Origin: a virus
Taxonomy: Duplodnaviria > Caudoviricetes
DNA: 64,000 nucleotides
IMG/VR virus record: IMGVR_UViG_3300044981_000214
Strand: one strand, 5' to 3'
Under the pieces are notes generated by a model, which saw only the letters and a program-made list of their open reading frames with translations, made no database searches and was not told the DNA's origin. Made by a program: the position numbers and the translations under genes. This document shows positions 29,834-38,750 of this stretch, in pieces. How positions within the stretch are numbered: position 1 is the stretch's first letter; every line of letters begins with the position of its first letter.

Positions 29834-30985
29834 TCAGATCGTACTGTACAGGTACCACCCCGGCATCAACGACCCGCCACCTGGCCGAACATAGTTCGCG
29901 TCTGAAGCTGCAATCGATGCAGGCATAGCTGTAGAGAAGGTTGCATTCAAGATGCCATCTTGCCATTGGCTAGTAAATCCATCGGCATTAGCAGCGGGCG
30001 CAACTAGCCAAGGTTGGCCGATCGCTACGAAAGTCCCACTGTTGTTAGAATTTTGTGTCCTCATGTGAAAGCCAAACAGGTAGTCGCCGGGTGTCAGATT
30101 TGCGGTTATCGGCATTGTGCGCAACTGCGCACCGCTAAGCGAACTGAATACTGTTCCAGTATTCCATGTGAACAACCGCGAACCCGAACTAGCAAGACTG
30201 GCCGTAGAGGCATTGAACGTATAAATGCCCATGCTCAAGGTCAAGGCATTCGACGATATACTGGTATTATCAGTCATCGAGATATAGAACACAGCCTGTG
30301 ACGCCGAAATTGAAATGGGCACAGACATTTTCTGTACCGTCAATGCAGCGTTGCTCATTGACCATGAACCACGAAAGTTCACACCTTCACTCAGGACGGC
30401 TATTTGTACCGGAGCCACAGCAGCTACTGATGCAGTAACTACACTGGAGTTACTCATTCCGAATGTGACACCATTAGAATTGCTAAATACAATTGTACCT
30501 GTAGTCCCTGTCTGAGTTCCTGCAGCAATTCCACTGGGTGACGTTGACTGCGAATAACTTGCAGTCACAACGCTATTATTCGACATCCCGAACGTAAGGC
30601 CATTAGAGTTACTGAATACAACTGTGCCACTCGTGGCTGTTTGAGTGCCTGCAGCAACCCCTCCTAACGCATTAGTCAGATCGCTTGCGCCTCCCTGGAG
30701 AAGAAACTGTGTAAATCCCGTAGCGTTATGATTGAACGGGGGAGGTAATGCAGCCTCGATCGTATGCCAGAACTCTACGTAGACATTTACCGAACTAGCC
30801 CCCGTTGAATTCCTGGTTACAGTGACAAAATTAACATCTGCCGTAATTGTAAATCCGCCTGTATCAGCCAATACGATCTTGGGTTGAGTAGGCTTTCCAT
30901 TTACGTTGATAAGATGAGGTAATGATTGGGGAAATCCGATCAACAGTCCAGTGAAAGCAAGCGTATTCTTTAGGATAGTCCCCAT
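29834..30985 (-). CDS. spike/fibre protein (LKN adaptor, 2 stalk repeats, head)
   Basis: true start ATG 30985 (MGTILKN); LTPGDYLFGF head paralogous to 15032. Confidence 0.75.
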   Translation of the reverse strand: MGTILKNTLAFTGLLIGFPQSLPHLINVNGKPTQPKIVLADTGGFTITADVNFVTVTRNSTGASSVNVYVEFWHTIEAALPPPFNHNATGFTQFLLQGGASDLTNALGGVAAGTQTATSGTVVFSNSNGLTFGMSNNSVVTASYSQSTSPSGIAAGTQTGTTGTIVFSNSNGVTFGMSNSSVVTASVAAVAPVQIAVLSEGVNFRGSWSMSNAALTVQKMSVPISISASQAVFYISMTDNTSISSNALTLSMGIYTFNASTASLASSGSRLFTWNTGTVFSSLSGAQLRTMPITANLTPGDYLFGFHMRTQNSNNSGTFVAIGQPWLVAPAANADGFTSQWQDGILNATFSTAMPASIAASDANYVRPGGGSLMPGWYLYSTI

Positions 30986-31006
30986 AACTATCTCATAGAG
31001 TACCAC

Positions 31007-31028
31007 GTTGATCGCTACAGCGATCAAC
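31007..31028. promoter_or_regulatory. palindromic motif copy 4
   Basis: GTTGATCGCTACAGCGATCAAC directly upstream of TGgTACTCT on the minus strand. Confidence 0.7.
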
Positions 31029-31074
31029 CGATCGACCGATCGTCTACCTAAACTTAGTGACCGTGCCTATCCGG

Positions 31075-31473
31075 TTAACGCCCAAGGGAGTTAACACAGC
31101 TTTCCTCACCAGGAGGCTGATGACGGATCTTAGCTAGATCTACCAGCTGTCTTTTCGACAACGCACTCAGCCCGAGATTAAGTATGTTCTGAGCCGAGTT
31201 CACGTCTCGGTCGTGGTTTGCACCACATTCAGAACATACCCATTCCCTTATTCCAAGACCTGCGATACCTTTCGGACTCGAAGGTGATTTAGCACCACAC
31301 TCCGAACAGGTTTGGGTCGTGAAACGTTCATCCACTTCTTTACAGATCCCACCGTGCCTGCTGGCTTTGATTTCGAACTTAGCGAGGTACCCCCACGCTT
31401 GAACAAGCTGTTTAAAGGCTTTGTGACGCGGTTCACTATCATCCAGAAATAGGATAATCGGCAGCATTTCCAC
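31075..31473 (-). mobile_element. tnpB: truncated IS200/IS605-family TnpB (C-terminal Zn ribbon and RuvC-III) fused to a receiver-like N-terminus
   Basis: EVDERFTTQTCSECG..REWVCSECGANHDRDVNSAQNIL; RuvC-I/II missing; N-terminal ILFLDD is not TnpB-like. Confidence 0.75.
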
Positions 31474-31503
31474 TTGCTACTTTAGACGCGTCTTACGTCT
31501 TGT

Positions 31504-31683
31504 TTATTTCCGTTTTTTACGCCGTCTACGTGCTTGTAGCGGCACACCTGGTGGTGGAACCACAACAGGAACCCAGCCAGCACTAGCTGCGCGTTCCGCT
31601 TCAGCACGGGTCGAGAAACAACCGTCGAACTTACGTTTGCCAACCTGACCTTTGGCTAAGGTCCATATGCATCGCTTGATCAT
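31504..31683 (-). CDS. small basic protein with poly-Arg/Lys tail
   Basis: TGcTATAAT upstream of ATG 31683; ends PLQARRRRKKRK. Confidence 0.6.
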   Translation of the reverse strand: MIKRCIWTLAKGQVGKRKFDGCFSTRAEAERAASAGWVPVVVPPPGVPLQARRRRKKRK

Positions 31684-31702
31684 AATCAAGGTATTATAGC
31701 AC

Positions 31703-32905
31703 TTACACGGGTGACAGAAATACGTTTGCGTCCCCAATAGCCCCAGGCGATCCTGCAGCACCTGCGCCTATACCTGCACCACCTGAACCCCCAGTTACGA
31801 GAAACAGTCCGCTACCGCTACGCACAGATGCGAGGCTGAGGATAGTACCTCCTCCTCCGCCACCGCCGCCACCACCATCTCCACCAGTACCCGATGCTGC
31901 AGCGCCATTACCGCCTAGTGCCTCTACTGTGCCATTGTTAATAAATATGGCAGCGTGCCAGATAAGGACACCGCCTCCGCTACCTCCACCTCCACCATTT
32001 ACCCCTGCATTGTTAGACCCCCCACCACCGCCTCCTGCACCGCCGCCAATCGTAAATACTTGAGGCTGTCCACTAGGAATCTGCAGACCGAATAAGAAGC
32101 CCGTTAAGATTGGAATTAGATAACTAGCACCACCGTTATTCACAGTCGTAGGGTATGTGCCGCCATTACCTCCCAAATGCGATCCGTCAGCTTGCCCTCC
32201 TGCACCACCTGTTGCCGAGGCATCTTGAAGCGTTGCTGATGAAGAAACATTGGTTCCATTCGCCCCTGCCCCCACACCAGTATGTCCATTACCGCCAGCA
32301 ACACCGAAGCCATAAGTACCTGTTGCCGTTGCTAGCCCTCCGGTCGCACCGATAGCATTGTTACTGCTGCATAATAACAAGCCATTGTTGGTAAAAAGGC
32401 CATTGACGAAACCTCTAAACCCTGCAGCATTGACAGTTATCCCGCCCGATATAGAACTACCCCCAGCAAGAAAAATGTCTTTATTCAGGGTATATGTACT
32501 CCCTAATAAAGTAGCAAATGGAAAGGTGTTAACACCATTGAACACAGCAACACCATTATGTCCATCACCGTATGCAATCGATGAGACTACGCCTGATAAA
32601 GGGAAACTTTGCGCCCCAACAAAAGGCTGCGTAGCCAACTTCTTATTCTGTACGCCCCCGAATGCGCGTTCGAAAGAGTGCCAACTCTCGCATAGTACAG
32701 CTACAGTGAGCGAGGTACTGGTGGTGTTTGTAGCGGTTACGTTAAATGCGTCAGCCGACAATGTGGCCGAATTACCAATACTAGTAATCAACGAATCCGG
32801 CACCAATGGCCGCCCAAACTGATCCTGAAGCCCGTGTGGGAGTGATGCAGTACTACCAGTTGCGATACCTACGAAGTTAACAATGTTCTTTAGCTGCGCA
32901 GGCAT
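31703..32905 (-). CDS. glycine-rich spike/fibre protein with LKN adaptor
   Basis: QLKNIVNF..LPHGL..CESWHSFE adaptor; GGGGGG-rich C-terminal half. Confidence 0.7.
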   Translation of the reverse strand: MPAQLKNIVNFVGIATGSTASLPHGLQDQFGRPLVPDSLITSIGNSATLSADAFNVTATNTTSTSLTVAVLCESWHSFERAFGGVQNKKLATQPFVGAQSFPLSGVVSSIAYGDGHNGVAVFNGVNTFPFATLLGSTYTLNKDIFLAGGSSISGGITVNAAGFRGFVNGLFTNNGLLLCSSNNAIGATGGLATATGTYGFGVAGGNGHTGVGAGANGTNVSSSATLQDASATGGAGGQADGSHLGGNGGTYPTTVNNGGASYLIPILTGFLFGLQIPSGQPQVFTIGGGAGGGGGGSNNAGVNGGGGGSGGGVLIWHAAIFINNGTVEALGGNGAAASGTGGDGGGGGGGGGGTILSLASVRSGSGLFLVTGGSGGAGIGAGAAGSPGAIGDANVFLSPV

Positions 32906-32954
32906 AGCTAAAGAGTACCATAGGTATCACCTTATACGTGGTAAACTGTCTAAT

Positions 32955-33185
32955 ATGCTTGCTATAACGATGCTCAGCGGTAGTTTTGGCCACGGTGGAG
33001 GACACGGCGGTGGCGGTCATCATGGTGGTGGCGGGCACGGTCACGGCTATTATCCTGGATGGATCGATGAAGGTCCAGAAATATTAGTCGTTCCTGGCGG
33101 ATCTCAATTGTGTCAATACGTAGTGACACTACCAAACGGGCAACAGCAGATAGTTAGCCGACCGTGTCCTCCTGATGTATACTAA
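32955..33185 (+). CDS. small Gly/His-rich protein
   Basis: TGgTAAACT-N7-ATG; MLAITMLSGSFG-HGGGH. Confidence 0.55.
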   Translation: MLAITMLSGSFGHGGGHGGGGHHGGGGHGHGYYPGWIDEGPEILVVPGGSQLCQYVVTLPNGQQQIVSRPCPPDVY

Positions 33186-33345
33186 ACTGCAAAGGGACAT
33201 ATGATTAACTTTCAAACCACAGAAACCTTCATGATCACAGGCAACGTATTCATTGGAAATAGTAGCTCACACGAGGGACCTTGGTATAGTAGCGCATGGC
33301 ACCGATTCTGGCACGATGTAGCTCGATTCGCGCTACGCCAGATAG

Positions 33346-33927
33346 CTAATCGCCGAAATTGAGCACGTAATTAGTTTCGTCATACAGTCCGACGTTCACG
33401 AAATCAAAACCGTATAGCTCGCAGACTTTCTGCTCGCCGAACTGATTGTCGAGATACAAGAAAGTACATGTCTGAGCGACTATCTCAACGAACAAAGCTA
33501 ATCGCGCCACTGGTGGTGCAAGCTTGACGTGTCGATTGTAGGCGCCCATTTCACCGCGTAGGGTAAACTGATGCCCGCCGGCCAAGTGAATCATGTAATC
33601 GTGTACAGCACGAAATCGGTGATTCTCTTTGGGCGTCCAGACCTGGTGATCGCTGGCACCTGTCCAGACTAGCATTTTGTGGTTCGTCTCGATGTCATGC
33701 TTCATCGTCTCAAAATCTGGGTATGGATCTTTAGACGTAAATATAACATTGACCTTACGCGACATCTGACGAAATAGCCGGTCGGTGCTGGCTTGAAGCG
33801 CCAACCAAGACGGTGTCGCGTCTTCCTCAAACAGCGGCCGGGCCAAATAAGCTTGGGCGACTACAGGAACAAATTTCTTGTAGTCAGTTAGAGCAAGGCG
33901 GCCGAAGGCATCATCAGAAAAGGCCAT
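33346..33927 (-). CDS. conserved phage protein (FRAVHD motif)
   Basis: NHRFRAVHDYMIH..F..RGE..AY..H motif seen in phage proteins; flanked by DAFG and NFGD. Confidence 0.6.
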   Translation of the reverse strand: MAFSDDAFGRLALTDYKKFVPVVAQAYLARPLFEEDATPSWLALQASTDRLFRQMSRKVNVIFTSKDPYPDFETMKHDIETNHKMLVWTGASDHQVWTPKENHRFRAVHDYMIHLAGGHQFTLRGEMGAYNRHVKLAPPVARLALFVEIVAQTCTFLYLDNQFGEQKVCELYGFDFVNVGLYDETNYVLNFGD

Positions 33928-33933
33928 ACACGT

Positions 33934-34776
33934 TTAGTGTACAACAACTGTAGCTATAAGGATATTGTCGGGACGATTGTTGTCGTCAAAAGCATCGTAA
34001 ACCATATACGTTCTATTAAGTCTGACACGCTGAATTGCAGCAAGATCCGCGTTCATGAGCGTCGCAATATCTTCTGGTGAAACACCTCGTCCGTTCAATT
34101 GTCGTATCAACCGCGCCTGTTCATTTGTAAATTGACTGCAAGCAATACGCTCAGCCCTAGCGTATCTAGCACGCCCACGTTCCTGCATCTCCAGAATATT
34201 TTGTTGCTGCGTTCCTAGATGTAAATGATTTGCAGGATCTTCAGTGTTGACGCACAAGCGATTATCACAACCGTGAAGCACCTGCATACCTTCAGGGATT
34301 GGTCCTACAAATAGGCGATACGCCCAACGGTGAGCTGCATCACTGGCTATCCCCCACGGATTTTCGAATCGCGTCGGAAACCACCAGCTACCATAGCCGG
34401 TTGAACTGGTCCCGGCAGTCCAATTGAAACACCCTTTCGGCCATGGATTACAGTCTGGCGCTAATTTGGTTACGTGCCATAGGAAGAAATCCTGCGGTGT
34501 CTCTGGCGCGAATAAATGTGAAGGCTTAACACACAGACTATTATTGCATGTATGCCAAAGTGTCTTAACCCTATGGCCAGTCTTCAAGTACCAAGCGAAC
34601 AAAGGCGCGTTTACACCCTTATTCCCAAATACAAGTAGCTCTGGATCATCGACACGTAGGTTGAAGCGTCCTATGCCTTTATAGACGCTCCACGGAAATA
34701 TTTCACAACCCTTGTCGATTACGATCTTGCTAAAAAACCGTTCTGCCGCTGTTAGGCCATCCGTTGCTCTTGCCAT
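33934..34776 (-). CDS. HNH endonuclease (two HNH-like repeats)
   Basis: HTCNNSLCVKPSHL and AHRWAY..VLHGCDNRLCVN..HL.LGT..N. Confidence 0.85.
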   Translation of the reverse strand: MARATDGLTAAERFFSKIVIDKGCEIFPWSVYKGIGRFNLRVDDPELLVFGNKGVNAPLFAWYLKTGHRVKTLWHTCNNSLCVKPSHLFAPETPQDFFLWHVTKLAPDCNPWPKGCFNWTAGTSSTGYGSWWFPTRFENPWGIASDAAHRWAYRLFVGPIPEGMQVLHGCDNRLCVNTEDPANHLHLGTQQQNILEMQERGRARYARAERIACSQFTNEQARLIRQLNGRGVSPEDIATLMNADLAAIQRVRLNRTYMVYDAFDDNNRPDNILIATVVVH

Positions 34777-34785
34777 TAGAGAAGG

Positions 34786-35409
34786 TCAATCTTCCGGTTC
34801 CCACGCTTTGGAAAATTCGTGGTCCTTGAACATTTCAGCGAGTCCGGTGACCTGTTTGAGCCGCAGCACCTCGTCTGGCTCCATACCCAACTCTTTACCG
34901 ATTCTTTCATTGCTCCAGTTGGACCGCGTTAGTTCTTGGACTATATCGCTCATCGCTTCAACGTGATGTTTCCCTCGTGCCCGATTATGCCGTACGGTTG
35001 CAGCCATACGGTCCGTTCGCTTGTCACGATTTTGATTGATCACTACAACAGGCAGATAACCGTGGACGCGATCTGATATGTCCGTTACCTCTCGTCCTAC
35101 ACGGTTTCTGTGGAATCCATCCACAACTTCGAATTCATCTTCATGCTCCCAAGCCACAATCGGCTGTGTGTAACCGTCTTCACGAATGGAGTGCTCCAAG
35201 AGCGTCATTTCGGGCGGTGCTACAGCGTTTGGATTGTAGTCATTAGCTACTACTGTATCCTGTTTCATCCACAGAACGCAATCCACAGGCTCATTCCTAA
35301 ATGGGCTTATTCCATGGACAGCTATCCGAATTTGGTTTATCGCTTCAATACGTTCTTCTAGTGACAGCGTCTCTAGCTTTGCTAACATAGCTTTAATCAA
35401 TTCGTCCAT
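34786..35409 (-). CDS. ibrB: IbrB/YbdM-like ParB-domain protein
   Basis: ANDYNPNAVAPPEM, DGYTQPIV, VVDGFHR, ATVRHNRARGKH, ELGMEPDEVLRLKQ. Confidence 0.9.
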   Translation of the reverse strand: MDELIKAMLAKLETLSLEERIEAINQIRIAVHGISPFRNEPVDCVLWMKQDTVVANDYNPNAVAPPEMTLLEHSIREDGYTQPIVAWEHEDEFEVVDGFHRNRVGREVTDISDRVHGYLPVVVINQNRDKRTDRMAATVRHNRARGKHHVEAMSDIVQELTRSNWSNERIGKELGMEPDEVLRLKQVTGLAEMFKDHEFSKAWEPED

Positions 35410-35410
35410 A

Positions 35411-36601
35411 TCACCACTCCATCTTCCAAGCCGCTCGACGCTTAGCCATAAGCTGCTTGTATCTTTCGTATGCGCTTGTCTTCATAGGAGCAAACGATAG
35501 AGATCGACACCAGTAGTCGTTCTTCAACAGCACACGGCACAGTCTGCGCCAAGACGGCATATCAGTAGATCCAGTATCTCCTGGCAGTTCGTCCGCGATT
35601 ACTTGCCCATGATTCTCATACCATTTTCTCCATACGCTAAACTTGTTCCTATAGTGTTCAGCTGTAGTACGTGGAATAGTACTCAACAGGAACTTGGTAA
35701 AGGACTCCCACGTGTGTCCTGGAGGTTTAGTAATTGCCCGGTTACCTAGAATGTTCCCCTTCTCTTTACAGTACAAAGAGGCGCTATTAGCGCCTGCTAC
35801 ACGGGCTGCTACAGCACCCCAAGTGGCAGGCTCAAGGATCTGATAGAGCCAGAGTCCGCGCCGTTGTTCGTCTCCGTACGGCTCGCAAACACGCATTTGT
35901 GAGACCTTTAGCCCTGCCTTGAACATCAAGTCGTATATCGTGTTATAGGGCTTTCCTTTGGCAAGGTACCCCCAAATATCATTTACTTGCCAGTCGTATA
36001 TTGGATACGCAGCGTAGCTACCTTTTCCATAATACGTTGTCCATCGCAAGTCATCTAGCATTGCTTTTTCTTGGGTTATCGCACGCCAACGGTTAAGGCT
36101 CTCTGACGTACGTAATCCGAGCAGTCCTATTGCAGGCGTATCTCTCGCGTACCAATTACCAAATTCGACTACAAACTCTTCGAATGTCATGTTGTGGTGG
36201 TAGAACGGGAGCTTTTCTTTATTTGCCTGTTCTGGTAGAGATCTGACCCAAGCAAGCTGCTTATCAGGATCCCAACAGGTCCATTCGGGCGCAATCATGC
36301 TACACGCATTAGTAGTACGCAGTGGTAACGCTACCCAATACGGGATTATATTTTCAGCGTACCGTTTAAACATGTCGGATACGAACGTTATTGTTCTGTT
36401 GAATTGCGCTTCCCAGTCAATAAACAACACCCCAAATTTACGTTGTCGTAGTTTAGCTTCTTCTGCTACTAGATGAAGAAGTACGGCGCTGTCCTTGCCT
36501 CCACTGAATCCAACATAGATAGCCTCAAATCTATCAAAAATAAGACTGATCCGCTCCTTAGCTGCTTCATAAACGTTGTGACTTAGATATCTACGATTCA
36601 T
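35411..36601 (-). CDS. ibrA: IbrA/YbdN-like PAPS-reductase family protein (DUF3440)
   Basis: FSGGKDS, FIDWEAQ, GLRTSESLNRW, YPIYDW, MRVCEPYGDEQR, SWRRLC..LKNDYWC. Confidence 0.9.
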   Translation of the reverse strand: MNRRYLSHNVYEAAKERISLIFDRFEAIYVGFSGGKDSAVLLHLVAEEAKLRQRKFGVLFIDWEAQFNRTITFVSDMFKRYAENIIPYWVALPLRTTNACSMIAPEWTCWDPDKQLAWVRSLPEQANKEKLPFYHHNMTFEEFVVEFGNWYARDTPAIGLLGLRTSESLNRWRAITQEKAMLDDLRWTTYYGKGSYAAYPIYDWQVNDIWGYLAKGKPYNTIYDLMFKAGLKVSQMRVCEPYGDEQRRGLWLYQILEPATWGAVAARVAGANSASLYCKEKGNILGNRAITKPPGHTWESFTKFLLSTIPRTTAEHYRNKFSVWRKWYENHGQVIADELPGDTGSTDMPSWRRLCRVLLKNDYWCRSLSFAPMKTSAYERYKQLMAKRRAAWKMEW

Positions 36602-37761
36602 TTATGCTCTGTCCACTTCCGACGTGTATCCTTAGGTGCACGGCCCATGTTCCCGATTGGAGTTCCGAGAGCTTCATCTAATGACCATCCGTTATGCATT
36701 CGACTCTTCACACGACTGTAGTCAATTCCAGCAAGTTCAGCCCATTCATTTAGGGTCTTTGTCTCCCCTTCTAACGTGAAAAATTTAGTATTTCGCCGAT
36801 TCGTATTCTGCTCCTGATAGGTAGCCCACCTAAAATTGCCCGGTTCATAGTGCCCATCATTGTTAGGGAATCGATCGAAAGTCAGATCGCGGGATGCTGG
36901 CATTCCAACATCAGCGATAAAACGATCGAAATCCATCCAGGCTGTGTGCACCTTGATGCCTCTACCACCATAATCAGCATAGCGGTCATGGCTAGGATCA
37001 GTGCAACGGCTGACCATTTGATACCACCGTTTATAGACTAGCTCACGGGTAACAGGTGCCGAACTGCGAGGCAAAACAGCTTGTTCGGCCGTCCAATTAT
37101 ACTTGGTTATTCGTTGGTAGATTCGCTGTTGAGGCACCCCAGTCCGTTCGGATATCTCACCTATGGTTAGATTTTCGTCGTGAAAAGCATATCTGACCGT
37201 ATCACGAAGATTTCTACCTTGTTCCTTTGAAGTCGCCCAACGAACATTTCCAGGTTCGTAATTTCCTGCAGGATTAGGGAATCGATCTAAAGAGTGCAAC
37301 TTAGACGGTCTAAGTCCTATATCCTCGATAAAAGCCTCAAAGCTATTTCGCCAACGATCACATACTATGACGCCCTTAGCGCCATACCATTTGTAGCGTG
37401 CATCTTTGACCCTATAGCAACGATTCAGCATAGCCTGCCAGGCTTTGTATTCTGGGGTAGTGGTACCGTTCTTTGCGTGACCGTGTTTAGCGTTTAATTC
37501 ATTCTTCGCACACACCATCTCGGAATGTATACAACCGCACGATGTGGTTGCACCACTGCGTAGGCTAGAAGGCATGACAAGGACATATCCTCCTTCTGGG
37601 CAACTACATTGGCAGACTAATTTAGCTTGACCGTATTCATTCCGGTTCAAAGCTACCCCCTTGACAGTAAGCCGAACGAATTCACAGCCAATTAGCTTTC
37701 GTAAACTCAGGCTGGGGTCAGGGTCCAAGTCAGGTTGTGATGAAAATTTGGTTGCGCGCAA
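36598..37761 (-). CDS. HNH-type homing endonuclease with duplicated domain
   Basis: two copies of W..M..RC..YG.RGI.V..W..F..D.G..DRFPN..GxYEPGNxRWAT. Confidence 0.8.
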   Translation of the reverse strand: MRATKFSSQPDLDPDPSLSLRKLIGCEFVRLTVKGVALNRNEYGQAKLVCQCSCPEGGYVLVMPSSLRSGATTSCGCIHSEMVCAKNELNAKHGHAKNGTTTPEYKAWQAMLNRCYRVKDARYKWYGAKGVIVCDRWRNSFEAFIEDIGLRPSKLHSLDRFPNPAGNYEPGNVRWATSKEQGRNLRDTVRYAFHDENLTIGEISERTGVPQQRIYQRITKYNWTAEQAVLPRSSAPVTRELVYKRWYQMVSRCTDPSHDRYADYGGRGIKVHTAWMDFDRFIADVGMPASRDLTFDRFPNNDGHYEPGNFRWATYQEQNTNRRNTKFFTLEGETKTLNEWAELAGIDYSRVKSRMHNGWSLDEALGTPIGNMGRAPKDTRRKWTEHK

Positions 37762-37833
37762 TACCCGTATTCATACTTGATAGCGTTCAGCAAAGCAAGT
37801 ATTAAAATCAGGTCGTATTTATGCAATCCAGGC

Positions 37834-37863
37834 AATAAAACGGCCACGTGTACTACGTGGCCG
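37834..37863 (-). terminator. intrinsic terminator after the MCP gene
   Basis: minus strand CGGCCACGT-AGTAC-ACGTGGCCG followed by TTTTATT. Confidence 0.8.
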
Positions 37864-37887
37864 CTTGGTCCAAGTATATGAAATTAC

Positions 37888-38643
37888 TTAGACAACCGTG
37901 CGCTTAATCAATCCGTACTTATACAACTTGACGTCAGCGAAGTTGAGTGCCGTCGAACCATCCGATGCAGCCTGGATGATCTTAACGGCGGCTTCAGGCT
38001 GGAAAGTGCCGGTATACCCGAGATTTTCGCGCTCATGCACTGGCAGCACGAGGGCTACGCGGTCACGAGGCGACGGCAGACCGAGCTGTGCGTATTCGAA
38101 CGATGTGTTCGTCGAACCGACATAGTAGCCGTGCCCCTGGGGGAAGTCCTGAAGGACGCCCTGGGTGTAGAACTTGGCATTGTATTCATACTGGAAGAAT
38201 ACAACACGGTCCATCTGGAACAGGGTGGCCAACAGCGGCGGGTCAGACAGTGCCCACGGAGTCACCTGACCGTTGGTGACGAGAGGCGCAGTCAAACCGG
38301 TCGCGAACGAGTCGACCAAGGTTGGGGCTGTGTTCGAGGTGTCAGGACCACGCATGATGCGAACGATCTGGATACCCCAGCCGTAAACTAGCATTTCCCA
38401 GTCCTTGGGGAGACCGGAGTCGCCGTTACGCGGGATGTTCGTATCAACGCGAGTCTGTACACGAGTACCGCCAGGAATCGACTGGCTACGACCCGAGCTG
38501 TACGCCTGGAGAGGCGTGGTCTGGCCGTTGGTGAACTGGACGCAACCGTAAAGCTTGTCGTCGATCCAGTCTGCCAGGGCGATCGTGGAACCGTCCGGCA
38601 GGGTGAGGGTTGTGGTTGATGGTGCTACGCCTACTGCTCCCAT
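37888..38643 (-). CDS. putative major capsid protein, vertical single jelly-roll type
   Basis: 251 aa beta-rich; DTNIPRNGDSGLPKDWEMLVYG resembles the TN..G.LP...F.V motif of single jelly-roll MCPs; strong GC3 bias, purine-rich RBS, own terminator. Confidence 0.65.
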   Translation of the reverse strand: MGAVGVAPSTTTLTLPDGSTIALADWIDDKLYGCVQFTNGQTTPLQAYSSGRSQSIPGGTRVQTRVDTNIPRNGDSGLPKDWEMLVYGWGIQIVRIMRGPDTSNTAPTLVDSFATGLTAPLVTNGQVTPWALSDPPLLATLFQMDRVVFFQYEYNAKFYTQGVLQDFPQGHGYYVGSTNTSFEYAQLGLPSPRDRVALVLPVHERENLGYTGTFQPEAAVKIIQAASDGSTALNFADVKLYKYGLIKRTVV

Positions 38644-38750
38644 TGTCTTTTTCCTTTTCCTTGACTTGTTTTGAGTCTCAGCCGCTCAACGCGACCTAGT
38701 TTGATTACTGCAGCGATTAGAATTAATCACTGCAGATATTCATTTAACGA

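Noticed and set aside
4021-30985. Diversity-generating retroelement acting on the spike heads
   Set aside because: No reverse transcriptase is in the window. The shared DNA segments are in stalk-coding regions and differ mostly at synonymous positions, not specifically at adenines.
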